Origin: the human T2T-CHM13v2.0 reference genome, Homo sapiens
Length of the DNA stretch: 64,000 nucleotides
Assembly: GCF_009914755.1 (NCBI RefSeq)
Contig: NC_060936.1
Strand: one strand, 5' to 3'
Shown here piece by piece: positions 30,871-43,809 of this stretch (its first letter is position 1; every line of letters begins with the position of its first letter). Below the pieces are notes generated by a model. The model had not been told where the DNA came from and ran no database searches. It was given only the letters and a program-made list of their open reading frames with translations. The position numbers were made by a program, and so were the translations under genes.

Positions 30871-33800
30871 AATGATTGTATTAACAATTCTCTACTTTCC
30901 TTGCACTTAATCCATGAAAGTACACCATGGTTTCCTCAAATACTGGCATTCTATAACCAGCCAATTGCTGAAGCTAAGCATGGATGTCCTGTTTATTCCA
31001 TTAATTCTGAAGTAAACCAAGGGTATATAGACATTTGATATATAACAGATCAACATTGGTTATCTGTGGGGAAAGAATAGATATTTCAGTGAAGGGTCTG
31101 GGCAATTACAGTTCACAGAAAAAAATAAAATTAAATTGGACAGCTAGCTCCTACCAAACACAAAAATCTGTTTCAAATCATGCAGTGTCTTCATGAACTC
31201 AGGTTAGGGAAGAATTCTTAAATACGATACAAACTAAATAATGGAAGAATTGGTACGTAAACTAGAATAAAAACTACTCATTAAAAGAGTGAATTAATGC
31301 AGTTAAAAAGCAAGATAAAGAATTTTTAAAAATATTTATAACACAAGTAACTGGCATAATAATGATTTGTATAAAAAATACATAGTGGGAGAAGTTACAT
31401 TACCCAGATACCTTACTAGATGCCCCTAGCTGTTTTCCCCACTCAACACAAAGACATCCAAAAAAATGAACAAACAACTACATTTTGATGAACATAATTA
31501 AAGAAGGATATCAAAATGCATCAAAGAAGTAGTGAAAATTCTGTGCAACATAGAAAGCCAGAATGGCCACATAGAGAATGGAAGAAAACACTGTGCCTTG
31601 GCCACCCTGTCTCCTGGCGAGGATCGCCTCAGAACCAGGAAGTACTTCTCCCTGCAGTGAAAAGGGAACCAAAAGAAGCCTTGCATCCCCCATCACCACC
31701 CCGGACATCTACAGACTTCACCACTGGGCACTACTGCAGTCCTCACAAGTGCTAAGCCCAGCTGAGGGAACTTACTGGATTTCCCAAAGCTGCGCTCCCA
31801 CCAGAGACAGAGCCAGCACTGTGCTCCATCCCTCATGGCTGGTATGGTCTGTTCTGGGGGCAATTAACCATGGTGCCCTTTCATCTCTGAGGTTTTGTTG
31901 CTGCTGAACCACCCCTGCCTGGGAGCCTGCCATCTCTGAGTTGAGCTGCTGCTACACCCCACCCCATGGGACCAAGCTGTTACAGAGCCACTGCATCTGC
32001 ATTTCCCAATTGCTGCTGTGTCTTGCCCCTGGGGCCTGAGCTGAAGCAGTGCACCGTCTCTCCAGGAAATGTTGCCTTGGCCTCCCAGAGCAGTCACAAC
32101 CCCTGGTTCCTGGGCTGAAGTGGCACCCTGCCTCCTCAGGAAATGATGTCTTTGCCACTCAAAGTAGTCACACCCCCTTGTGCTTGAGCTGAAGTGTTGC
32201 CCTCTCTCCAGAGCAGCCATGCCCACTAGGCCTAAGCTGAAGCAGCACATCACCTGCTAGGAAATCAGTACCTTGGCTGGGCTAAGCAGACATACATCCC
32301 AGGGCTAAGCCAAAGTGGCTCCTCATGTCCAAGGGAAACAGAGAGTTGTCTGAGCTCAGACACCATGTCCTACAGGCCACATAACTAGTATTCTGCCTCT
32401 CTGGAACTGGCATCATTGTGTTGCTCCCTGCTCCCCTGGGTCCAAGCAATAGCTGTGTTCCACTATTCTGTTTTCCTTGCTGCCACTGCACCTGGCCTTA
32501 AAGAGTCTGGGATACCGTCATGTCCCATAATCCCAGGGTCCAGAGTCACCACTACATAAGGCTACATACCCTGAGGCCTGAGTTGCCACTGTGCCATATT
32601 AGCTAACATTTCTGAATTGCATCTGCTCCCTGGGCCAAAACCTAGAGAGCATTCCTTCTTCCTTCCTTGTACCAAGACAATTTTGTGCTCTGTCTCCTAG
32701 GGTCAGAATCACAGTGACAATCCAGCCTCCTGGGCCTGAGCTGCTTGGAGGTGGTTCAGAGTCACAGACCCTGCTTTTGTGAGCATTCTGAATCCAACCC
32801 TGCTTCAGAGAGTAAACCTGAACCCCAAAACTCAGGTGCGATGCTGAGCCCAAAATCCCTGCTCCGTAACTACTCTGAGCATCTACATCCTAAAACCCCA
32901 TGGTGTTACAGCTGCTTGTGAGCTGTATCAGACCTAACACTAAGAAGGATCCTTTCAGTTAAGACTCCATATGTGGGGAAAATGAGGACAGGAGAATCCC
33001 AAGAGCACTTGCCACCAAGGACCCTAACAATCTACACTGTCACCACCACTGCTACAAACTCCTACATCTTAGGCCACTAAGGCACCCATAGTCATTGCTG
33101 ACATTGATTATGACTAAAGAATCTGCACAGAGGCTACACTACTGCATCCATTCAGAACCAGAGCCACCACACACTTCCCAACCAGCACAGTAAGACCCAT
33201 CTGCAGATGAACCTCTTTCCCTCTGAAGGTCACTCTGTAAAGTTTCAAAGAGGTGATTATTCCACCAGAGGCATGGACATTAATGCAGGGACACGTGAAA
33301 CATGACAAAACAAGGAAACATGACATCACCAAAACAACACGATTATTCTCTAGTAACTGACCCAAAGGAAAAAAAATGAATTGCCTGAAAGGGAATTGAA
33401 AATAATAATGTTTAAAAAAAACTCAATGAGATACAAGAGAATACAGACAGACAATTCAACAAAATCAGAAAAAAAATCATGATCTGAATGAAAAATTCAA
33501 TGAAGAGAGAGGTTTTTTTAAAAGGAGTAAAACAAAAATCATGAAGCTAAAGAATTCAATGAATCAAATTAAAAATATTATGGAGAGTTTGAATAGCAGA
33601 CTAGATCAAGCAGAAGAAATAAACTCTAAACTTGAAGATGGGTCTTTTGAAGTTACCCAGTCAGAGACAAAAAGAGAAAAAAATTAATGAAAAAGAGTGA
33701 AGACAGTCTTCAGGACTCATGGGACATTATTCAATGAACAAACTTTTCCATTATGGGAGTTTTGGAAAGAGAGGAGATTAAGATAGAAACAGAAAGATTT

Positions 33801-34594
33801 TTTAATACAATAATTTCTCAAAACTTCCCAAGTCTTAGAAGAGATATGAACATCTAGATCCATGCAACTCAAATATCACTAAACAGACTCAACCCAAACA
33901 AGCCCCTTCCAAAGCACACTATAATTAAACTGTCAAAAGTCAAAGATGAGGAGAGAATTTTAAAAGGAACAAGAGAAAAAGGTTAAGTCACATGTAAGTG
34001 AATCCCCATTAGAATATCAGCAGAAACCTTGTAGGCCAGGAGAGAACAGGATGGTATATTTATGTGCTAAAAGAAAAAAAAAAAACTTTCTGACATGAAC
34101 ACTATACCCAAAGCTGGCCTTCAGAAATGAAGGAGAAAGTTTTTCCAAGACAAGCAAAAGTTGAGGGAGTTCACCACTTGACCTGCTTTACAAGAAATGC
34201 TTTAAAAAGTTTTTCAAGTGAAAACAAAAGAACAGTAATTACTAACTGAAAAACATAAAAGTATAAAACTTACAGATAAAGGTAAATATATAGTGAAATT
34301 CAGAATGCTCTGACTGTTATGGCGGTCTATAAATCATATATAGTGTGGCTAAGTGGATGAAAAATAGAATCTAACCATATACTATCTACAAGAGACCTAC
34401 TTTAGCCTTCATGACACACATAGGCTGAAAGTGAACAGTTAGATGATATTCCACGTAAATCGCAAACAAAAGAGAGCACAAATGGCTAGATTTATGTGAG
34501 ATAAAATATGCTTCAAGTCAAAATTGTAATATGAGACAGTGGGGGTCATTTAATGACAAAGGGGTTAATTCATCAAGAGGTCATAACAATTTTA

Positions 34595-35330
34595 AATATA
34601 TAATTATATATTCTCCAATACATTACATATATTACATATATAACATGTTTTAATGTTATATTATGTTAAAATATAACATATTATAAAATAATATATATTA
34701 TGTTATATTACATTATAACATTATATATTATGTTGTATTACATTGTATGTTATATATTATATATAACAATATATATTATGTTATGTTATATTATAACATA
34801 TGTTACATATTATATATTATTATATATTATGTTATATTGCATTATAACATGTTATATATTATATATAATCTATATTATATTACATTATGACATATGTTAT
34901 ATATTATAACATTATTATAACAATATTATAACATATGTTATCTATTATAACATATTATATAATTATATATCATATATTTATATATGATATATAATTATAT
35001 ATTATATATTTATATATTATATTATATATTTATATGTTATATATAATTATATATTATATATGTTATATATAATTATATATTATATATATTATATATAAAT
35101 ATATTATTAACATATTATTAATATATAATTATATATAATATTAATATTATATATATTATATAATAGGTAATTATATATTATATAATACATATGATATAAT
35201 ATGTTATATATAATATATAACATGTTATATTATATAACATTATAACATATTATATAACATATATTATAACAATTATAAATATATAATTGTTATAAACATA
35301 TAATTGTTTACAATTATAAATATATAAGTA
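34595..35330. repeat. AT-rich low-complexity expansion ((TATAT/TATAA)n-like)
   Basis: ~730 bp almost devoid of G and C, inside the L1 ORF2 endonuclease region. Confidence 0.95.
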
Positions 35331-35509
35331 AGTAGTAAACATTGATTCACCCAAACATGTAAAGCAAGTGTGAATGGGCATGAAAGAAATAGATAGAAAT
35401 ATAGGAATAGTAGGGGATTTCAATATCCCACTTTCAACAATGAACAGAGAAACAAGATTAAAAATAAATTTATTGACAAAAATAAATGCTGCTGTTACAT
35501 GAAAATAAA

Positions 35510-35805
<296 letters not shown>

Positions 35806-35815
35806 TAAGGAATTC

Positions 35816-36222
35816 TTTAGAAATTTATTTCCATATAACAGCGGCATTTATCTTTGTCAATAAATTTTATGCTTTCATCTGTTTTTCTGTTAGTAATTAG
35901 TGTTCTTTTTTTTCACTTGGAAAACTTTTTAAAGTATTTCTTATTAAGCAGGACTAGTGATGATGAACTGCCTCAACATTTGCTCACCTGGGATAGAATT
36001 TTTTCTCCTTCATTTCTGAAGGCCAGCTTTGTTGGAATATAGTGTTATTGTCTGAAAGATTTCTTTTCTCTTTCAGCACTTAAATGTATTATCCTATTTT
36101 CTCTCTCCTGGACTACAAGGTGTCTGCTGATATTCTAATGGGGATTCATTTACATATGACTTAACCTTTTTCTCTTGCTGCTTTTAAAATTCTCTCTTCA
36201 TCTTTGACTTCTGCCAGTTTAG
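35816..36222 (-). mobile_element. Inverted copy of the L1 ORF1 3' end
   Basis: Reverse complement aligns by eye to ~33926-34287 of the same element. Confidence 0.88.
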
Positions 36223-37107
36223 AATGCTGGAAATGCATTTTAGACAAAATGGACCTAACAGATATGTACAGAATTGTCCAGGTAACAGCAGCAGAATGCA
36301 CATTCTTTTTTAGTGTTCATGGAATATTCTCCAAAACAGATTATCTGGTAGGCCATAAAACATGTCTTAGCCAAGTTAAGATAATCAAAATATCAAGTAC
36401 TATTTCTAACCACAATGGCATGAAACTAAAAATTAATAATAGAAGATATTTTTAAATATGTGGAAATGAAACAACATGCACCTGAACAGTGAAAGAAGAA
36501 ATCAAAAGAGATATTTAAAAATATCGAGTCACATAACAAAGGAAACACAACATACCAAAACCTATGGGATGCAGTAAAAGCAGTTTTAAGAAGGAAATAT
36601 ATACCAATAAGTGCCTACATTAAAAATAAAAGTAAGATTCCAAATATATAGGCTGAAATTATGCCAGAATAAACTAGAAAATGGACAAACTAAACACACA
36701 GCAGAAGTAAGAAAAGAATAAATAACAGGACAGAAATAATAAAATAGAGAATAGAAAAATCACAGGAAAAAAGTCAATAAAAGGTTTTTTTTTTTTTGAA
36801 AAACAAAATCAAGAAACATTTAGCTACACTAAGAAAAAAGAGAGAAGACTCAAATATATAAAATCAAATATGAAAGTATAATCATTACAGCAGGTGCCTC
36901 AGGAAAAAAAGATTATAAAAGATGATTATGAACAGTTATATGCCAACAACTTTGGAACCTAGAGCACATGGATAAATTCCTAGAAGAATACAACATACCA
37001 AGGTTGAATAAGAAGGCAAAGAAAGACTTAACATACTAATAAAAAACAAAAAGTTTAAAGTAGTGATTAAAATCTCTCAAGAAAATAAGCTCAGGACCAG
37101 ATGGCTT

Positions 37108-37760
37108 TCTTGTGGCTTTTTTGCCCCCACAGTTCAGTTAGTGGGAACGAGTGGCATCTAGTGGCTTCACTTCTTCTCTCCTGTTGCTCAGCAGGAGAGA
37201 GTGGTGCCCAGTGGCTTCTCTCCTGTTTTTCAATGTGTGGGAAACAGTGTTATTACAGCTTTTTTAGTCCCCCTGCCCACAGCTAGGGGAGCAGGGGTGT
37301 TACAGGGGGCGTTACAGCTCTTTTTGCTCCCACAGTTCAGCAAGTTCCAGGTTCTTGTCCTGTGATCGAAAGGAATAAGGTATGCCAACATCAGAGAGTG
37401 AGTAAGGCAGAATATAATTTTATTACATGAAAGAAAAGCTCTTGGCAGCAAGAGGGGCCCCAAAAGTGGATAGTCTGTGAGGCTGAGTCTGGGTTTTTTA
37501 TGGGGTTGGGATGAGGAAGTGTGGGCTGTAGGTAGTCTTGGAAAAAGCAACATTTGATTGATTAAAAAGCATTATTCAGAAAAAAACAATAGGGAAAGAG
37601 TAGGCAAACAGTTATGGAAGTTCTCACTCCAGTGCATGGACTCCATTCAGAGCTAGTAGTTTGGTTTTCAGGCTTCATACTGTCCTTGGCTTGAAGGTCA
37701 AGTTTAACCAGGGATCTGTCTCTGTCTGCCTGGGAATTTGTCTGTCTCCTGTCACTATCA
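37108..37760 (-). mobile_element. ERV1 (MER4-group, LTR27/LTR28-like) solo LTR inserted in L1 ORF2
   Basis: Minus-strand start TGATAGTGACAGGAGACAGACAAATTCCCAGGCAGAC. It splits the L1 motif ggaccagatggctt|cac, with a 4-bp TSD gctt/actt. Confidence 0.8.
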
Positions 37761-40700
37761 ACTTCACACTGAATTCTGCAAAATTTTCAAATAAGAATTA
37801 ATACCAATATTTTCTTACATTATTCCAAAAAATAGACCTGGAAAGAATACTTCCTAACACATTGCACGTGGCCAACATCACCTTGATACATGAGGTATAT
37901 AAAAACAACACAAGAAAAGAAAAAATATATAAGCCAATATTTCTGAGTCACAATGAAGCAAAAATCTTTAATAAAATATTAGCAAACTGTATCCAACAAC
38001 ACATTAAAAATATTATACAACATGATCAAATGAAATTTATCCCTCACAACGCAAGGTTTAACATATGTAAATCAATCAATGTGATGTATTACATTAACAG
38101 ACTGAAAAAAAAATATGATCTTACCTATTTATGCAGAAAGAGCATTTGAGAAATTTCAACATCTGTTCTTGATAAAATAACTTAACAATTTAAGTATAAA
38201 ATAAAAGTATTCTCAATGTAATAAAGTCATTCATGAAAAACCCAGAGCTAACATCATAATCAGTGAGGGAAAACTGTTTTCCCTCTAAGATCTGGTACAA
38301 GGCAAAGATGCCCACTCTCACCACTTTTATTCAACATAGTACTAGAAGAACTACCAAGAGCAAGTAGACAAGAGAAACAAAAAATATCCTTATTGGAAAG
38401 GAAGATGTAAAATTAGTTCTATTTGAGGATGACATAAATCCTGTATGTAGAAAACCCTGAAGATTTCGCCAAAAAACCTGTTAGATATAATAAGTGAATT
38501 CAGTAAATTTGCAGAATACAAAATCAACAAACAAAAATTAGTAGAATTTCTATACACAAATAATGACCTGTCCAAAAAAAAAAAAAAAAACAAAACAAGA
38601 AAACAACTCCATTTAAGATAGCATCAAAAATAAAATAAAGTACTTAGAAATAAATTTCACCAACGAGTTTGAAAACCCATACATTAAAAACTATAAAACA
38701 TGGATGACAGAAATCAAAGCAGACATAAATGAAAGGAAAGGTATTTCATGCTAACGGGTTGGAAGAATGTCCATACTACATAGAGCAATATATATGGATT
38801 CAAAGCAATTCCTACCCAAATCCAAATGGCATTCTTCACAGAAATAGATAAAACAATTGTAAAATATGTATGAAACCACAAAAGACTTCAAATAGCCATG
38901 GCAATTGTGAAGGAAAAAAAGCAAATTTAGAAGAATCATACTTCTTGATTTAAAATTATATTCCAAAGCTATGGTAATCATAAAGTATAATACTGCTATA
39001 AAAATAGACACACAGATCAGGGGAACAGAATAGAAATCCTAGAAATAAATCTAAACATATATATGCTCAACTAATTTTTGACAAGAGCACCAAAAACACA
39101 CAATGAGCAAATAATAGTCTCCTCAATAAATGTTAATGGGAAAACTGAATTTTCACATGCTAAAGAATAAAATTGGACCTTTATGTTATGCCATACACCA
39201 AAATAAACTCAAAATGGATAAAAGACCTGAACATAAGACTTGAAACCATAAAACTTTTAGAAGAAAACACGGGAAAAACTCCTGACATTCGTCTTGGCAA
39301 TGATTTCTTAGAAATCACACCAGAAGTTCAGACTAGAAAAGCCAAAATAAATAAATGGTACTGCATCAACCTAAAAAGCTTCTGCACAGGAAAGGAAACA
39401 ATTAACAAAATGAAAGGCAACATACAGATTGAGGAAAAAGTATTTGAAAGCCATATATCTGCATAAGCAATTAATATCCAAGGTTTTTAAAGGGTGCTTA
39501 CAACTCAATAGCAAGAAAATGCATAACCTGATTTTAAAATGAACCAAAACTTGAATAGACATTGATTCAAAGGTGACATTAAAATCTCCAACAGATATGT
39601 AAAAATGTGCTCAGCATCACTAATCATCAGATAAATGCAAATCGAAGCCACTATAAGATACCATCTCACACCTCTTAGCATAGCTGTTGCCAAAAATCAA
39701 GACATAACAAGTATTGGTGATGATATGGAGAAAAAGGAACTCTTATACACTGTTGCTGGGAATGTAGATTGGTGCAGCCATTATAGAAAGCAGTATGTAA
39801 GTTGCTAAAAAATTAAAAATAGAACTGCCATAAGACCTGGAAATCCTCTTCTGGGTACATACTCAAAGAAAATGAAATCAACACCTTGTAAGTATTTGCA
39901 CTCTCATGTTCATTGCAACCTTATTCACAATAACCAAAATATGGAAACAATGTAGATTTCTACCAGTGGATAAATGGATAAAGAAATGGAGATATATACT
40001 GCATATGCAATGGAATATTTTCCAGCCTTAAAAAAGAGAAAATCCTACTATTTGTCACAACATGAATAGACCAGAAGGACATCAGGCTAAGTGAAATAAG
40101 CCAGATATAGAAAGAAAAATGAAACATGATCTCATATGTTGAATCTAAACTTATTGACATTTTTAAAAGGTCAATTACATAGAGAAAAAAATCAGTTGTT
40201 ATTAGGGTCAGAGTAGAGGGGAGAAAATGGGTGAAAGTAGGTCAAAGGATTCAAGGTAGCAAATACGTGGGATGAACAAGTCAAACGTCTAATCCATAAC
40301 ATGAAGACTATTGTTATTAATACCTGATCCTTTGACCTACATTCTCCCATTTTCTCCCTCCACTCTGACCCTAATAACAACTACTTTGTTATCTATCTCC
40401 ATGTACTTGACCCTTTAAAAATGTTTATATTCATCATATGAGATCATGCAATATACATACACATACACAAATATGAATATTTTAACATGTTGTATATCTT
40501 AAATATGCAAAATAAAATGTATTAAGAAAATAAAATAGAATATATAAGAACTACAAATCAATTTATGAAAGTACATGAAATTATGAATAAAATACATTTT
40601 TTAATAAATATTTTACTCACTAAATTATTTTATGAGTAAAATAATTTCAAAGAAACTTCACAAATAAGGCTGACCAAAAGGCCAAAATAAGGCATGAAAA

Positions 40701-43068
40701 GTTGCTTGACTTGATAACCCTCATTAGTTATCAGGAAAATGCAAATTTATATGGTGAATATATACTATTATACACCAACAAAATTGGTAAATTTTATAAA
40801 GTTTAACAGTACCAAGTAATGGCAAAAATATGGCATAATTGGAACTTTTATATATTTTGGTAGTGCTAAACTTAATTACATTATGATTTTGTAAAACAAC
40901 AATATTAATCAATTTTAAGGCACACGTTTAATGACCCTGCATTTTCACTGCTAGGGCTATGCGCTGGATAAAATTTATCATGTGTGCATTAGAATCAATA
41001 TGCATAACATGTACATAACATTATAATGTCTATAACATCATTCTTTTTAAAAGGCCAAAATTGGCTTGATATTGTCAATTGAATGAACGAATAAATCTAT
41101 CATGATATACTCTTACCTGCATTTGCACAATGCTATGAAACTATAATATTTAACTAAAAACTTTTACATAAACTTGACAATCAAATGGAGATATGTAAAG
41201 ATGATAAACTGCCACAATGTCAAATATGTGAATACAAAAATTTGGTATTTCTGTTCATACTTTTAAAACATTTATTGTTAAAATAAATTCTAATCATAGT
41301 ACCCTAAAAAAAATCTTCTTAGCATGGTTCTTAGATTCTCATAGATTTCCTACTAAACTTCAAGGATATTTTTATTTCTAAATGTCCATTTAACTATTCC
41401 CGTGATTCTCTTACTGATCATGTGAAACACACTGTCAAAAAAGACAGATAATGACTCTTACTGGAGCAAATGGGATTTTATGACATCACACTAGAGATCC
41501 AACAAATCTGTAATTTTATCTACTTTGACAGTTATAAAGGTCATTTCAAAAACTGATTGTATCTGCTATGATTTTAAGAGGGTTAGCATACAACTAGGGA
41601 AAAAAAAATCTTAAAACCTTGTCTCCGGGGAAGGCACTGTAAAAGATTTTTATTCTTAATACAAAAATACTGTTACCCTTTCCTTTAGATGCAATAGAGA
41701 TTATTATGAAATATGCATTGTCTACCACTCTAAGATGAAAGACCTTATGTTATACATCTAGGTTCATCTGGTTTTCACTATATTATGTGAAGTAAACATA
41801 GATTCTAGTTTCTTCAGTTTTAATATTTTTGTTTCTATTCTGCTATAAAAATAAGTAATGCTGGTTTTCATGGTTTTTAGTTACAAATAATATTAGGGTA
41901 TAGGATTACAATGAGAATTCAATCTTATTGATATTTCAAGGTTAAGTGAATTGACTTCTCTTTATGTAGAAAGTATATTTACCAGAGCCACATGTTCCTT
42001 TATTTTGTTTATTCTGAGTTATGTATTATAGCCCAACTCTCAAAAACTCATATTATGTAATAAGAAGTGTATTTTGGAACCTGAAAATGAATGTTTCACT
42101 ATTGGTATCCCTGTTTTTAGTACTAATGGCAATATCTTTAGCAAATAGAATTAAGGTATTGGTGACTTCGGTGTCCAGTGGAAAACAAATATCACCTCTC
42201 ATGTTTGCTGAGTATAACATTTACCAGCAGGACAGAAATCTTAATAATTATGTTTTGAAAAAATATTTGTTTTCTGCAGTTAAAGATTCATAGAATATTG
42301 GCTAACTTGTGGTAATGTCCTCTTTTATGAATTTCCCTTATGTCTTTATTGAGCGTCATTAAATCTTAGGGATGAGGGTGATTAATCTTTCTAGACATAC
42401 TTTCCTAAATTATGGTGTAGACTTTGTGGCTGTCAGACTGCTGAAGCCATGAAGCAGAACAGGATGTAACCTCATTGATTAGGCCACAGAAGTGTTGGAG
42501 AATTACATCACTAAAATTGAGTAAAAAATAATATTCTTCATGCATGCACAATATAAGTAACTACAGCTTGCTCGTGGTTTGGGATACCTAATCTTTTATT
42601 CCTTTAAATTTTGTAATACTCACTTTACAATATTAGATTTACAGAAAAGTTGTGAAAATTGTAGTGTCTGTGTATCTCACACTGAATTTCCCCTATTTTT
42701 AACATCTTACATTGATATAATCTGTCTTAATCGATGACCAATATATTGTTACTAAATAAAACATGTACTTTATTCAGATTTATTTTTATATATTTTTAAT
42801 TGAAGTATCTTATCCAGGATATTACATCACATTAAGTCATCATGTCTCCTTAAGCTCCTATTGAGTCTGATAGTTTCTTAGGTTGTCTTTGTTTTTGATG
42901 ACTGTTTGGGGCAGTACTTTTCAGACATTTTTTAAAGTATCTAGTAATTGGGACCTATCAAATGTTTCTATTGTGATTATTATAGGATTAGGAGTTTTGG
43001 GAAGAATAGCGCAGAGCTAATCCCCTATTCTCATTACATCATATCAAGAGTACATACTATCAACATGA

Positions 43069-43496
<428 letters not shown>

Positions 43497-43809
43497 CTAT
43501 GCTCTTTGGAAGGAAGTCATTCCACTTTGCCCACACTTTGGAAGTACAAATTCAGTATGCTTCTTCTCCTTGAGGCTATCTACATAAGTTATCCGAAATT
43601 CCTTGAAATTCTTTGGCATGTGAGACTTATTTCTTCTGCATTGTTTTATTTATTTATATTAACTCATGGATATGTATTTATAGTTCAAGCTATAATTCAA
43701 TGCTATTTTATGAATTTTTTTGGTCAAATAGTTTTACTTTTGGACATTGAGAACTCTTTCAGTTACTTTCTGCGTGTTTGACATACTCCCACCAGTGTGT
43801 GTGTGTGTA

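Noticed and set aside
31498-32853. Cluster of overlapping ORFs in GC-richer DNA suggesting a gene
   Set aside because: Lies in the L1MA 5'UTR; higher GC lowers stop frequency; no recognisable domain.
34700-34909. Y/I/L-rich ORF
   Set aside because: Artefact of the AT low-complexity tract.
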